Shown here: positions 1 to 13,202 of the stretch, piece by piece | Layout of the letters: each line of letters begins with the position of its first letter | How positions within the stretch are numbered: position 1 is the first letter of the stretch | Assembly: GCA_964106645.2 (NCBI GenBank) | Contig: OZ067043.1 | Source: Podarcis pityusensis | Lineage: Eukaryota | Reading direction: 5' to 3' (one strand) | DNA length: 64,000 nt | Notes under the pieces: model-generated | Database searches by the model: none | Told to the model about the DNA's origin: nothing | The model's input: the letters and a program-made list of their open reading frames with translations, nothing else | Made by a program: the position numbers and the translations under genes

Positions 1-1672
1 TGACCTTATCTACCTTACAGTACTAAAAACCTAAATAAATACGCAGAGACCTGGGCAGGTCATGGCAAGAGAACTGACTTGCCTCGCTTACCTTGGTCTG
101 TTTGAAAACTGGCTCAGTGAATCTTCAGGAAACAAGGCAAAGCCTGCAAAGAGCGTTTCTTAAGCTGGGTTTGTAGACAGTGGTGAATTCTTAGCACTCA
201 TGAAACCACCAGAACACAAGAACTTTGATGTCCATTGGAGGGACATCAAAGGCGTTCTAAAGCAGATATTGCCACTGGTAGCCATAGGAACTAAGGCTGC
301 AGCTAAAAGTGGCTTTTCAGATTTGCAATCCAAATATACGTGCATTATTGAATCAAAATGGACAACTCCATAACTTTTGTTGTCAAAATTGGCTGGAACA
401 TTTATCTAGTTTTGCTCAGAGCCTGGCGGCCTCATAGCTCCCTTATGCCCAAGATACCTGGAGCCTGGATTTGTAAACAGGACTCGGGGACTGTGTAGCT
501 CACTTGGCCTGATTCCTCTGGAATTGCAGTAGATTTTGTTGAGCACCTATGCAAATCCCACAGCATGTTCTGCATCTGCAGACAACCAAACCCTACCACC
601 AGATTTGGAAGGGCATTCAGTGTCATTTTGATTCAGCATGTGACCAGTCATGTGTTCCTCTTAGTTGCATGCATGGGCTCACAAGCATTCTGATGCTTTT
701 TACTGCAATTCATGTACCGCATCCTCATCTTTGACTGTTCAAAGTGGCATCACACTTTCAGTTCTATACAAACTTGCTTTAGAGTAAGCTCCATTGACTT
801 CAGTGGGGTTTAGTTTTGAGTAATGAGCATAGCTTTGGTTTGCCCTACCTTCTGGATCCTGAAATAGCCTTAAAGATTTCCCAGCTTCTTTCTTTTTCAA
901 GCCCAGAGATGATCCGATTCATTAGAATAACCAGAGAATAAGTTTTCAAGGAAGGAGAGAGGAAGCGAATTTTGAGGCAAAAATAACAAAACATCTCGAA
1001 TTTTTACTGCTCTGCATTGAAATAATACATGAGACAACATGCTGGTTAAAGCCAGAGCTTTATAGATAAAGGTCACATGTTGAACGTTTGCATAAATTTG
1101 CCACGCAGATTGCTTTGACATGTCACATTCTGTAAGCGCAGGTTCTCCTGTGGTGCTTTAGAGCAGCAGATACACATGATCAACCTGTACAGCCATAGAG
1201 CATCATTTGCCTCTTGTGAGATGGTTCACTTAAAAGCACAATGCATTTCCATTGAACTGAGAGTAGAGGATTTTTCTTCCTTTTACTTATTGGCCTTTCT
1301 AAGGCAGAACTGCTTTGCCTAGCCAAAGATACTATTTTCTTCATATGCGGTTCAAGGGTATGCACATGGGCTTTCAACAGTGTCAGACTCCAATGCCCTT
1401 GCTCTCCCTCTGCTTATTCAGCACCCATTTCCCTAACATTTTGAGAGCTTGTAGGAGATGATGTGAGTGAGATTACTTGGAACACACAAGATGCACCAAC
1501 CAGACCAACCAAATATGGTATAGAAATTTGTTGTTTTATCCTTCTTTCATTCCAAGGAGCTGAAAGCATCATTTTAGCCATCGCAGCCTTATGGCACATT
1601 TGGCCAAATACTGTGATTTGTTGAGAGCTTCCTCAGTGTGCATGAAGAACAACCACACGTCCCTTTTGCCCT

Positions 1673-1903
1673 GCTCTTTCCATTCACAGGTTTGCACTTT
1701 AAAGCTCTGTGTCTGAACCCCCGCCCCCTTTCCCCTGCGAAAACTCGCTCTTTAAAGCTGAATTGGAGCAAATGGCTATTTGGGTTTTTAATGGATTACC
1801 ATTTGGTCCGATTCAGCTTTAAAGAGTGGCGTATCGTGGAGCAAAAAAAAGGGAGGGGGCTGAGATACAGAGCTTTAAAGTGTGGGTCATGCCTGGAAAG
1901 CGC
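1673..1903. mobile_element. Fold-back (fully palindromic) MITE, PIF/Harbinger-like
   Basis: Nested inverted arms CACTTTAAAGCTCTGTGTCT / AGATACAGAGCTTTAAAGTG and CTCTTTAAAGCTGAATTGGAGCAAATGG / CCATTTGGTCCGATTCAGCTTTAAAGAG. Confidence 0.75.
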
Positions 1904-2483
1904 TGAGAAAAGGTGTGGCTAAGCCCTCAGTCCTGTGAATGTTATCTCATAGAACTCAATAAGACATACTTCTGAGGTGATATGAATAGGACTGAGAAGT
2001 TATTCTCTTTACACACATGCACATAGAAAATACCCATTTTGTTTAGTAGCAAGGGTTGGGAGGGGATTAATGACAAGTGGATGGTGAAGAGCTGGATTCA
2101 ACTATAGATTATCTTAAAGGCATCATTGCATCCAGTGGCTGTGGGTTCAGTTTTTTAAAGCTAGTATTTTCATGGGGGGAGTGGGAATCCCCCACTGGTG
2201 CCAATGGGTAATTTCCTTCCAAATTAAGAAAAGCACCAGCTTCAGAAAATGAATTTTCCTAGGACCGCAGTGGAGGAGAAAAAAGTTAACTGCTCCTCTC
2301 TGTATCTCTTATGATTCCATTAACTGACATTCACCCCTCAGCTGATGTGATTTGTATTTTTATAAAATAGAAAATCTGCACACTAGATGATGCAAAGGGA
2401 CACTTAATATGTAGCTTGGTCCTCAGCTGCATAGTGTCTTCCGCCTCTAGTTAAGGATTGGCACTGTAACTGTATTTGTAGAG

Positions 2484-2485
<2 letters not shown>

Positions 2486-2517
<32 letters not shown>
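2486..2517. repeat. (GT)n microsatellite
   Basis: Direct reading. Confidence 0.97.
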
Positions 2518-2519
<2 letters not shown>

Positions 2520-3512
2520 AAATTAATAAAATCATTTCTGGGTTAGGGATCAATTCCAGAGAAAGAAAGGTGTTTGTGGGAGATGGCAGTGTGAGAGCCT
2601 AATTGAACAAGACTGAAGTTCCAGGGATTTGTAAGTGGAACAGGTGAAAATGGCAGTCGCGATAATTTAATACTAATTACTTCCATCCTAGCAACTGTCT
2701 GCCAGGTGCTCTAAAGAACAAGAAAAGAGAGCTAGGCACGTACAGATCCCTTGCCCAGCTTTTCCTGACAGGACAGCGGGGGTATAGGATCGCTTTAGCA
2801 AAACCTTGGTGCCTATATTGTGAGTTTTATTTTTGCTCACTTTGTCCATCATTTCATTTATTCATTTATTTGCTTCCTTGCTTCCTTAGTTACATTTATA
2901 TCATGCCTTTCAGTCTAAGACCATTTGCTGTCACGTTTCATAAAGCAGATGAAAAGAAATTAAAATTACCTATGTGAAGCAACACCACAACTGGATCAAC
3001 ATACACTATACTGGGGGAGGGGGGAGATGACATCACAGTGGGAGCATGAAAGCAGAAATGGAGGCACAATAATAAATAAATGCTATGTTAGTTCATTAGT
3101 CCTATTCTATAAAAAAGGGGCCACCAAGCAGAGAAAGGTCGGCCCTTGTAGTCCCTGTGATTACTGTGTGATATTAATGAGAATTTTGGTTTGATTTCTG
3201 TCATTCTGTGACTTGTTTTCATGTTGCCTCAATGCAAAGCCTTAACACAAAACTCTTGCAGTAGAAGATTCTCAGGGCATAAGAGAGAGAAGAAAAGAGG
3301 CAATGTATCTTGTATGTAAATAATGTACCCTGAAGGAAGTCTCTCATTAGAAGAGCATCCATGGAAACATGGCATTGAACAGGAAGTAAAACCCCAGCAG
3401 CCAAGTTGAAGAAACTCATCTTACCTTTGCCACACATCTTAAGAGGCTTCAGTCAATAAGCACGGCTGCTTTCCACAAGCTTTGACTCCAGCAAGACGGA
3501 GTGCAGAGCAGA

Positions 3513-3543
3513 TTGTAGCCATGTCTGCCAAGTAGGTGGCAGA
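3513..3543 (+). promoter_or_regulatory. CTCF-like motif with a possible upstream module
   Basis: TTGTAGCCATGTCTG-CCAAGTAGGTGGCAGA: one mismatch to the core, with a TGCAG-like TGTAG upstream. Confidence 0.4.
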
Positions 3544-3837
3544 ATATTGCTATGGGGAAGGTGACTCATCCTTGCATAAGAGTCAGCCCATGTTCAGCAT
3601 TCAGCAGCAGCGCAGTTGGGTGTCAGCTGATAAATACTGGGCACAAAGAAGTACAATATCACTGCTACAATGTTCTCTTTAAAGCCCAGCGTAGCCGAGT
3701 GACTGGAGCTTTGGGCTTGGATGTGAGAACCCTCCATTCATTTTGCTGTTCAGCTGAAGCACACTGGGGCAGCCCTGGGCAAGCCATGGTTTCCTGCCCT
3801 TCTCTGGTTGTGATAGCTAAAACGCTGTTTCAGTGCT

Positions 3838-3867
3838 AAGGAAGGAAGGAAGGAAGGAAGGAAGGAA
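3838..3867. repeat. (AAGG)n microsatellite
   Basis: Direct reading. Confidence 0.95.
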
Positions 3868-4051
3868 AAAACAAACAAACAAGTGTCTCTGATATATAAT
3901 CCTCTATTCCTTCATCTCCTACAAGTTTTCCAAAAAATAAGCAGAGGAAGATCTGTGGCATGTGGGGTTGGCGCTGTTGGAAGCCCATGGATGAGCCCTG
4001 GGATGTCCTAGCTTTGCTGCTCCATCTCCCCTTTCTTGTTGTTGCCTGGTG

Positions 4052-4148
4052 AAGTGTTGTTGCTCAGGGATACAGCATCTGCTTTGCATTCAAAGGATCC
4101 CAGTTTCAGTCCCCAACATTGCCAGGAAGTGCTGGGAGAGAACCCTGG
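4052..4148 (+). mobile_element. tRNA-derived SINE fragment
   Basis: GCTCAGGGATACAGCATCTGCTTTGCATTCAAAGGATCCCAGTTTCAGTCCC; same family as 51479. Confidence 0.65.
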
Positions 4149-4203
4149 ATTTCAGAATCCAGTAACAGAATTTTTAGATCAGAATTCAGAATTGATATAC
4201 CTG

Positions 4204-4231
4204 TGTTGTTGTTGTTGTTGTTGTTGTTGTT
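4204..4231. repeat. (TGT)n microsatellite
   Basis: Direct reading; explains the poly-Cys end of ORF 4036..4233. Confidence 0.95.
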
Positions 4232-4711
4232 AATTTAAAAAAAACCAAAGCCTGAATACCAGGAATTCAAAGTAGCGCTTCTGTGATCACTCTATCAGTA
4301 CAAGCACTTTTTGCCCTCCATGTTCTGTTCTGGGGGTGTGACTAACCCCTGCAACCTAATTGGGATGTGTGCAGGGGTTGTATGGGGCAAGGAGAGGGAA
4401 GGGGAAAGCCCTATAGCACAAGTCCTTGCATGGGCCCCATTAGAGGAATCCATCCCCATTTTGGGGGCATTTTGATGACAAAGTTTGGAGCAGCCTCACT
4501 GATTCTGTGCTGCCAAGGACAATGAAAGAGCTAAAGATTATAGCATGACTATTAGACCTTCTCGATCTATTTCCAGGCCCATGCAAAAAAACAAAACGAA
4601 AAACCAAATCCAATGGTGTGTCCAACTTCGCATATCAGATCATGTAAACAAAACTATCATGGATCTGCAGTCAGTGCCCCAATCCTTTCTATAATGCAAA
4701 AAGCTCTGTGC

Positions 4712-4833
4712 CATACACACTGACTGGCCAGTGTTCTCCAGGGTTTGAGGCAAAAGTCTCTCCTAGCCCTAACTGGAGATATTGGGGTTGGGCCTAGGAC
4801 CTTCCGCATGCAAAGCCGATGCTATGGCCCTTC
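4712..4833 (-). mobile_element. tRNA-derived SINE fragment
   Basis: Reverse complement matches the 51479 family (GGACCTTCCGCATGCAAAGC on plus). Confidence 0.65.
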
Positions 4834-4993
4834 TCCTAGTTCAAAGATGCCCTACAAGGAATTGATTTGGCTCAACACAGTTCAGGTCATGTGATCTGTT
4901 CCAGGGATAATTGAACCCATGTTGTTTACTATCTCATCACAATGGAAACCTGACAAATTGTGCTTTTGTTTATTTTCTCCATGCTCCCCAGGC

Positions 4994-5129
4994 AGCCTTC
5001 CCGAACTTGGCACCTTCCAGATGTCTTAGACTACAGCTCCCATCATCCCTGACCATTGGTCTAGCTGGCTGGGACTGATGGGAGTTGGTTCTCAACAAGA
5101 TTTGGAGGGCACCAGATTTGGGAACGCCG
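4994..5129. mobile_element. ~130-bp hairpin hAT-type MITE (GACTACAACTCCCATCA family)
   Basis: Inverted arms CTCCCATCATCCC / GGGACTGATGGGAG. Other copies at ~27244-27375, 28376-28504, 30204-30332 and 38718-38851. Confidence 0.75.
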
Positions 5130-7169
5130 AGGATGTATTATTCTATCACAGTTCTGGCATGGACTGAAATGTCCTAAGCGCTGAACTGTGAAAGGGAAGA
5201 AAAACTGTTAGCCTCTAGGACAAAATGGCAATATTTAAATGCATCTCTGGTGCATTGCCTGTGAACAAACATGAAACCTTAAATAGCATACTTAAGAAAG
5301 GTTTCATCTTTGTTTTTCAAGAGAATGGCCATAGGAGCTCCTGCTGCAATGATTCTATGAGCCAACTGGATCAGTTAAGCACGCTCCCCACCGCCATCAA
5401 TTCTGGTTTTGTCGCTTTGTAGGGATATAAAAGAGGAACAGAGAGCAAAAGTACCAGTTGTGCTTTTCCAAGCAGAGCCACGATGAAAGTGGTTTAACGG
5501 GGTTCAGGCGGAGAGGGTGTGGCAGCTTGCCAGTGTTTAAGCCAAAGCAAACTGCTGTCAGCATGGAAATGGCTGAAGAGGCTGACCTCATGCCTCCCAG
5601 GATTAAGCTGAAATCTTGCTGGCGCCATGGTGGGAATATTGAAAGGAGCTGTAATCCTGCCAGTTTGATTGAGCCAAACTGGCCGGGCCCATGTGCACAA
5701 TCAGCAGCTGAATAGGATCTCTCCCCCTGCATGCCCCAATATTAACAAATGAGTAGAAGCTGCTTAGGGCTGTAAGAAAAAAAGATGCAGGCAGCCAGGG
5801 AAGCGGGGGGTGGGGGTGGGGGGAAGCCAAATTGCCTGCTACCTGGAAGAGCGCAATTGTGTGAAGGCTGCTGTTATGAAATTGCTGCACCAGAATAATA
5901 GGCGAATTGTTCCAATGCCTTCCACTTCTCCTGTGGATTAACTGACTTTACATTATTTCCCAGTGATACACGCTGTATTATTTATTGCCATAATCAGTAA
6001 GATCCCAATGCCATAAATAACTCGGATCCGATGATGTGACTTTGCTTTATGGACCCACATTAATGGTTTAAATTAGATTTCATAGGAAGCAGCTATTGCT
6101 TTGTGTCTTCCACGAAGATGCTCAGATTTCCTTGCATCTCAACTCCAGCCCTCCGTCTGTGAAATGTTTTTTTTTTCTAGAGAAAGGAGCAGAAATCCTA
6201 AAAAATATTGACTTGTGTGAGTACAATCAACCAAGGGAAGTGTATTACAAGAGGGAGGATCACAGACCATTTATGTTATGGAGAGCCACTTCCCTCCAAG
6301 GATACAAATGGGTGACCTTTACTTGCAGCGTTAAATGCCCAGGGGTCATTTGTGGAAGACACAGGGAGCTTTAACTGGAACAGGCCAATCTCATAATGGC
6401 TGTGTCAGCCGCAGCAGTGCAAGAACAGGCTTGTGCTGCAGCAGTTAAAATAGCATTTTATGTGATGTTAATGGTGCAGAGTCACACAGATATGCCCTGC
6501 TTGCCAAATACATCACCCCCCAAAGACATCTTGGCACCACATGTTGCTGGCACAAAGGGTTATAGCTAGGGATGGATGTGGGAGAGGGCTTTCTTCCCCA
6601 GGGAAACTCCAGACCCATTCCTTGAATTTTCAGCTGTCAGTGAACTGGGTCCTCTGAAGATCCATTTATTTGAGCAGACCTTTAGAGGATATCAATGGTT
6701 GACCTGGTTGTGGTATTGCTGTTATTGCTTCTGCTGGTTTCTTGTTGTTGTTCTGTTCTTCTGTTTTGATTTGTGGCTGATATTGTCATTCCCGTTGTCT
6801 TTTATTATACCCTGCCCTGGGATCACTACTGCGATGAAGCGGGTGGGGAATAGTCATGTCTTTTCAATAAGCCGGTCAGTCAGTAATAGTGGGAAAGGAA
6901 TTCTGAGGGTTCCAACAGTGCCTGAAAATGAAAGGCACCGAGGCTCAGATTAAGTCGGCAGCCATGCTTTGCTGCTCTTCTCATCCCAGCCACTGTAGGC
7001 GCTAAAGGGGGGGAAATTGGGTCCTAGTGCTGGAATAAAGCTGAGGATTTATTCCCTTGAATCATTCCTAGAAATTGTGGACCTTGATGCCAGTGCTACT
7101 ACATGTTAGAGAAGAAAATCAGAGACAGAGCTATACGGGCAATACCCAGCTTGGACCACCACATCATAA

Positions 7170-7500
7170 TATAATGATGATGATGACAAGAATAATATTT
7201 ATATGCCACCCGTCGGACTGGGGTGTCCAAGCCACCCTGGGCGGTTTCCAAAGATTAAAACACAGTAAGACACCAAACATTAAAAACTTCCCTATACAAC
7301 GCTGCCTTCAGATATCTTATAAAAGTCAGATGGTTGTTTATTCCTTGACATCTGGTGGGAGGGCGTTCCGCAGGGTGGGCACAACTGCTGAGAAGGCCCT
7401 CTGCCTCACTTCTTGCAGTGAGAGAACCACCAGAAGGCCCTTAGCGCTGGCCCTCAGTGTCTGTGCTGAATGATGGAGGTGGAGATGCTCCTTCAGGAAT
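7170..7500 (-). mobile_element. L2-type LINE 3' end
   Basis: Simple-repeat tail, then GCCACCCTGGGCGG...GCTGCCTTCAGAT...GGGAGGGCGTTCCGCAGGG...GAGAAGGCCCT; near-identical family member at 41366-41590. Confidence 0.75.
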
Positions 7501-8592
7501 GCAGGGTTCAAAGCTGTTTAATTAATCAACCGGGCCCAAGCAAAAAAGACAAATCACAAGGGGGCAGAAAGGTGCCTACCATGATATCCTAGGGGATGAA
7601 ACTTTCCCTCATGATATTGCATAAGTCTAGTTAAAATTTCAGAAGGCACCTGTCCTCAAATTCGTCTACGGTGTGAGTGGAAGGCAATTTTGTATTCTTT
7701 TGTGAAGCTGTAAAGTATGTACACCTTCTGGTTCTCTCACAGTATGTGTCAGTCTCTGAAAATATATAAAGCAAAAATGAAAAAAGCAACATGCCTTGAA
7801 AAGGTGATGCAGGCATCATGAATGACTTCAGCCCTGCGGCATTTAAAAAGGTATAATGATCCGTAGATACTGCAAACTATCATTTTATGCCTATTGTGAT
7901 GATAGTAGGGTTTCTAGTCTACACCAGTATTACAAAGAGCTTCTGCCATTACGCTGTCTCAGGAAACCCAGTTGTCTAATAAAGACCAAAAAAAAAAACA
8001 TCTTTCTGTCTCTCTCTCTCCCCGCCTCTGTTCCACAAGTTCAGAAGGCAATGTCAGTAAAAGTTCTGGAACTACGGGGTGGGGAATTCTTGCTACCTGG
8101 GATTGGGAATGGAGGAGAAATTGGTTTGGTCTGGATTTTGATACAAACCAACTAAATTTTCCAGTCCTGGACATATTCTGTGGGTTGAATGCAGCTTTTT
8201 GATCAGATTGCACACTTCTCTGATTTTTGCAGTGCAGTTTTTGTTTGAAATCCAAACAGAAATGCTCACTTCATTGAAAATATGGATTCAAAATGCATAA
8301 TTTAAGGGAAAATGCATTGAAAAGCACATAAAAACATGTACTTTGGGTAAACAATGGTTGTACTAAATGTATACAATTAAAGTGCATTATTTTGAAAAAT
8401 CCTCAAAACCTGGAACATAACAGACTATGACTGAATGCACACAAAACTTAACGTGGAAAGGAATTAAGCTGATCCATCACTAAGTTAAGAATAGACAGTG
8501 AAAGCTTAAGATAACAATTTATAAGACTTTGGGGGAGAGAATCAGTGTATCGGTACTAACTGCTTGTTTGAAAATAACTTGAAAATTTAAAC

Positions 8593-8959
8593 TAGCAATG
8601 GACGAATCTGTAAATCGTGGTTTCTCTCCATTTGTCTTTTTCCCAGTGTTGACTTCACCATATTTCTGCATCAGTTTGTGATTTTGTTAAAAAAAAGGTC
8701 CTCATGGAAATATATCAGTATTTTAGTGTGCATTTGTCCTAATAGAAGCATTTCTGCAAATACATTTTCATATGTCACTTTCACTACTATATGCAGTTTC
8801 ATGCAAACATTCCCCATGTATATGCATTTCTGTACACAGTTTGGGTTGGAGAACTGCTTTACAAAATTCAGAGAAATGCAAATTTTGAAGGCCATCATGC
8901 ATTGTTTCAGAAAGTGTACATTAAAATACAAACTGAACCAAATTTCACCACCATCCCTA
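8593..8959 (-). mobile_element. hAT-type MITE (TAGGGATGG TIR family)
   Basis: TAGCAATGG ... CCATCCCTA; flanks atttaaac / ctctaaac; reverse-complement similarity to 52463-52909. Confidence 0.8.
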
Positions 8960-10071
8960 CTCTAAACCCCCAAAATAAGGACTGCTGTGTGAAACTGATG
9001 GATTCACTAGAGTTGTGGCAATCTGGAATAAGGCCCATAATGTCCCTTGTGGGTCTGATATTCTGGAATAGAGGGCAATCCTTTAAAAAATAATGGATGC
9101 ATTCTAAAGCAGCACTCCACAACCCTGTACTTATCTCAGATATTCAAGGAAGCCAAATGTGAAGTTGAGGAAATATGCCAGTTAACAAAACCTTCATTTG
9201 TTTTTAGACAAAGAAAATACCCACAACATGACCAAACAGGCAATGCATGCACCTTTATCAGATGAATATCACTGCTCATTAGCCATGAAGCTCTCTGGTA
9301 TCATTTGAATGATCATACCTTGAATTATACTTTTTGCCCCCACAAAAGCTAAGGTTGTTGTTGTTGTTTCTGATGAGGTAGAAATTCTTCAAAACCTATT
9401 ATCAGTTTGAGCAATTTTACATATGTAAGGGTGCTGCCTGTTGGGAATCAAGCCTTTATCAGGAGAAACTGGCCACTCTCCAGGCACCCGGCTTGATCTC
9501 CTGTTGACCTCCCTGTCTGCATTCCCCAGCAGGATCCAGGCAGAGGTCGCGATAGGCAATCCTTCTCAGCGTGAGAAGAACACACACCCTCTTTCTTGCC
9601 CCCCCGGGCAGGGGAGAGAGATAGACAGAAACGTATTTACATTCCTTTATTTCTGTCTTTGCAGCGTTACAAAAATCATGACTGCTCTCTTCAAGCTCCA
9701 GCAGTCGAGAGACAAACTCCTTCTGTACTTCCTGTGCAGCTCATATTACACTCTGAGCTAATTCCAGTGACCTCTGCACTGTGAATTGACTGTCCCTCTG
9801 TTTCCCACGGAACAGTCCCAACATTCCCATTATGTTTTGCTTTCAAGCTACCAGCAGATCGCGGCTGCATTGATTCAATATCGTAACACTGCCTGACCAC
9901 AAAACTAGTAAGAACCAGTTTTGGAGAGGTCTAGCTGACTGCTAGAGTGAAAAACAGCTCCAGATAAGATGCAAGGAGGCCATTGGATGAGTGTTTTCAA
10001 GGACTGTGGTTAGAGGAAGAGAAAGTGAGGTGTTGGGGTGACAAGTGGTGGCAGAAAGAAGTTGGCTAGAA

Positions 10072-10387
10072 CAAGGGTCGGCAACCTAAGGCTCATGGAC
10101 CACAAGCAGCCCATGGGGGTCGTTTAACTGGCCCATGGACCCCTGCTGCCTGCTCGGTTGGCTCCCGTGCGCCGCACTAAATCGGCACGGAGCAGAGCAG
10201 GGACCGCCTTCCATGACGCTGGGCGGCTTCCCTTTGGCTGCAGAAAGCTCCTGCAGCCAATGGGAAGCTGCACACGCCTCTTCCGCGCTGGAAGGAGCGC
10301 CGGAAATAGTGTGTGCACACTCTGGCCCACCACGGCATCTGCGGGACCGTGAACCGGCTCAAGCCACAAAAACTTTGCCTACCCCTG
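10072..10387. mobile_element. hAT-type MITE, young
   Basis: TIR CAAGGGTCGGCAA / TTGCCTACCCCTG; perfect 8-bp TSD ggctagaa (10064-10071, 10388-10395); CpG-rich interior. Confidence 0.9.
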
Positions 10388-13196
10388 GGCTAGAAAATAG
10401 GCGATGCATTTTCTCCTCTATAGAGACTCTCTCGGTACCAGTGTGGCTGGGAATGGCATTAGGCCTGTATCCAGAAACACCTGTGCTACGTCTTAACAAA
10501 TTGTAAACAGACAGCGACAGAATACGTATGAACTGGGGAAACTGCCTGCATGGTAAAAAAGCACCTTGAAGCTGTAAGTTCTGATTCATAAACATAACTT
10601 TAATGCACTAATTTACAATTTTCTAGTGGCTACAAAGGAACCAAGGACTGCCAGTGATCAGAAGAGAAACGCTCTGATTTGCACTCATCTTCTTGTTTTC
10701 TTACCACATTTGAAAGGATTCTGAAGCAGGTAAAGGTGAACATACCTGCAGGAAATATGAGAATAATTTGCAGATACAAAAGAATGAAAATTCAGTGGAG
10801 ACCTCATCCAGTATTAGGCATGTGCTTAAATTTAGGTGTACATCCTGACGGAAGCCCCCTTTGGTCAAAGTTAAGCGCCCTTAAGGCATATTTATTTCAG
10901 TGAGAGAGATGTAAGCTCATTTAACTGTTTTGTTGAAATCAACGGATGCTTGTAAGAGGTTCCTTACAAAATAACTTGCCTGAAGATAAGGTAAAATTGC
11001 CCATAAGTAATTAACTTTAGCTGGATTGGGAAGTTAAAGTTATGGCTTACTTCCAGTGACTGCAATAGAACTTGTTGGTGAAGACGAACGCGTTCCATTG
11101 GTTTCAATGGGACATGCAGGGCAATTGTAGCTGGAGTCAGTATTTACTCAGAAAACAACCTTTCTGTTGAGCTACCCATGTATATAAATGAATATAGGAT
11201 TGCAGCTTTATTACAACTAACTTTAGCTCTCCATGTCCCACATGACATTTCTTCCCATTTCCCCCTGCTCATATTGCCTGTACCACTTAGCATGGAAGGG
11301 CATTTTTGGCTGACATGATGATTATGCTGGCTAGTGGACTGACTTCGACAGGTAGGGTGTCAAGGCCAGAAGCAAAGGCTCTGAGAACAGATTAAATCTA
11401 AAGTTAATGAAATGGTCCGAAGTCACTGCTTGGCCATTTCCCCAATATATAGAACATTTGAAACTAGCAGAGAAGCTTCTTTTGGACGTGCCACCCACAT
11501 AAGTTTTCCTGGGAATTTACTTTCTGTCTGTCTCAATTCCCTCTGCAGTGTCAATTTATCAGCTCAGACTCATTAAGAATACATCTGCTCACAGTCTCCT
11601 GGGGACTGATATGTCTCAGCATGCAACCTCATTCGTAGGCCCCTACCATAAGCTCTTGCAAAAGCAGCATGCAATTATTAGGACTTTATTCATTTCATAC
11701 TTCACACTGTTTTGCTTCAGAGTGGCTGTGAGCTGTTCAGTGGGATCTCATGAGTTGAAGTTCAGTGGGCAGGTGAAGTAATTCCTTTCAAGGTAAATGC
11801 AGTTAAGGTACCCCAGTATTCCAACATCATCCCTGCAAGTCATGATCCATCTTTAACACACCTATTATAGTTCACCTTCTAGAGGACTATCCAAAGCACA
11901 AGACTGTCATTCTTTATGGGAAGGATTTGGTTGATGCCTGCCTTCTTCTTGAAATTATATGGTTAGACAATTGCAATTTGTTATTTGTGAGGTTACCAGA
12001 GGGTAGACGTCTTCAGCTCAATTTCATTTAGAATACAGCTGTTTCTGATCTTATGGGGCTGACGCTTTCTCAGCAGGCTCCCCTTCATTTCCAAATCTCC
12101 CCACAGGCTCTTCGAACAGTTTTGATGTTATGGTTTTGTTAATAAACAAGCAACTTAGATTTAGTGCTTTTTGTTTCATGAACTTTTATTAACTTCCACT
12201 TGTTTCTCACTTTGCACTGGCTGTGGATAACAGCGATTATGTTCCCCTCAATCCCCGGTGGTGCTTTATAAAAAGCTATTCAGGTTTCATGAAACCAAAA
12301 ACCAATTCAACTATAATGTGTGGGTGTTGTTGTTTTCCCCCCATGGGGGAATACATATGCCATAGAGTACAAAAATTACATGAATTTTTGGGCTGCATAA
12401 AATAGTCACCAGTTCCAATATTAAGAGTTGCCATAGACAGTTTTGGCAAGGTGTAAATTTTATCTCAAAAAGATTTAATTGATGTCCTTTTAGTTCACCA
12501 GTTGTGCCCACAGATAAGAGTGGAGGTGGGTGGGGCGCAAGGAGCAACACAGTGTCCCAGACTCAACTAACCTGGTGCACAAGTGGAAGCCAGTTCCCAC
12601 TAGCACAATGAGGCTTTCTCCTCTCTCCTTCCTCTGTGTGCCCCTGCAGTTCCTCCAAGTCCATTCTGGAGGGTCACAAGAATCCTCAGAACAGTGTGCA
12701 GGGGAGGAGATGGGGATTGTTCTGTCTGACAAGAAAAAAAGCTTGTGCTGGTGGAAAAATCAAGAGAGCATCACATTGAGTTCCAGTATGCACTATGGCT
12801 GAATCCATGTCTTTCAAGAAAAGCTCTAACTATCCTTCTGAAATTTGGCAGGCATTATCCACTCAGAAGGGGTTCTGTGCCTGCAAATTTAACCAAATTC
12901 TGCCAAAAAGTAAAGGAGCCATAATAACAGTGAAACATTAAACTTTCATTTTCCTGAAGTGAGGCCACTTTCTAAATGGCCAAATCAAGGTTTTTCCTGA
13001 ATCTAGTGTTCAGTGCACATCCTTATTTGGGGCCATGACTTTGCAATCATTTGTTTTTTTGGGGGGGCTAGGGGAAGTACTATTCTGACAAAGATGCTTC
13101 TAATGACAATACTCATATTAGTGGCTTATTGATAGCTGAATCTTATTTAGCCTTGTTTCAGAAATGCAAGAATTGGGAACAATACAGCCAAAATGT

Positions 13197-13202
13197 TTTA
13201 TT
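13197..13202 (-). terminator. Candidate polyadenylation signal
   Basis: AATAAA on minus, preceded by a U-rich tract with several TGTA motifs and an ATTAAA (13314-13319), followed by GTATTGTT/TTCTTGCATTTCTG. Confidence 0.4.

Noticed and set aside
92-143. Possible minus-strand 52-nt exon (tttgcag| ... AAG|gtaagc)
   Set aside because: The open frame FALFPEDSLSQFSNRP matches nothing I recognise, and there are no supporting partner exons in the window.
10124-10506. Cluster of overlapping ORFs / CpG-island-like patch
   Set aside because: Explained by the young GC-rich hAT MITE at 10072-10387.
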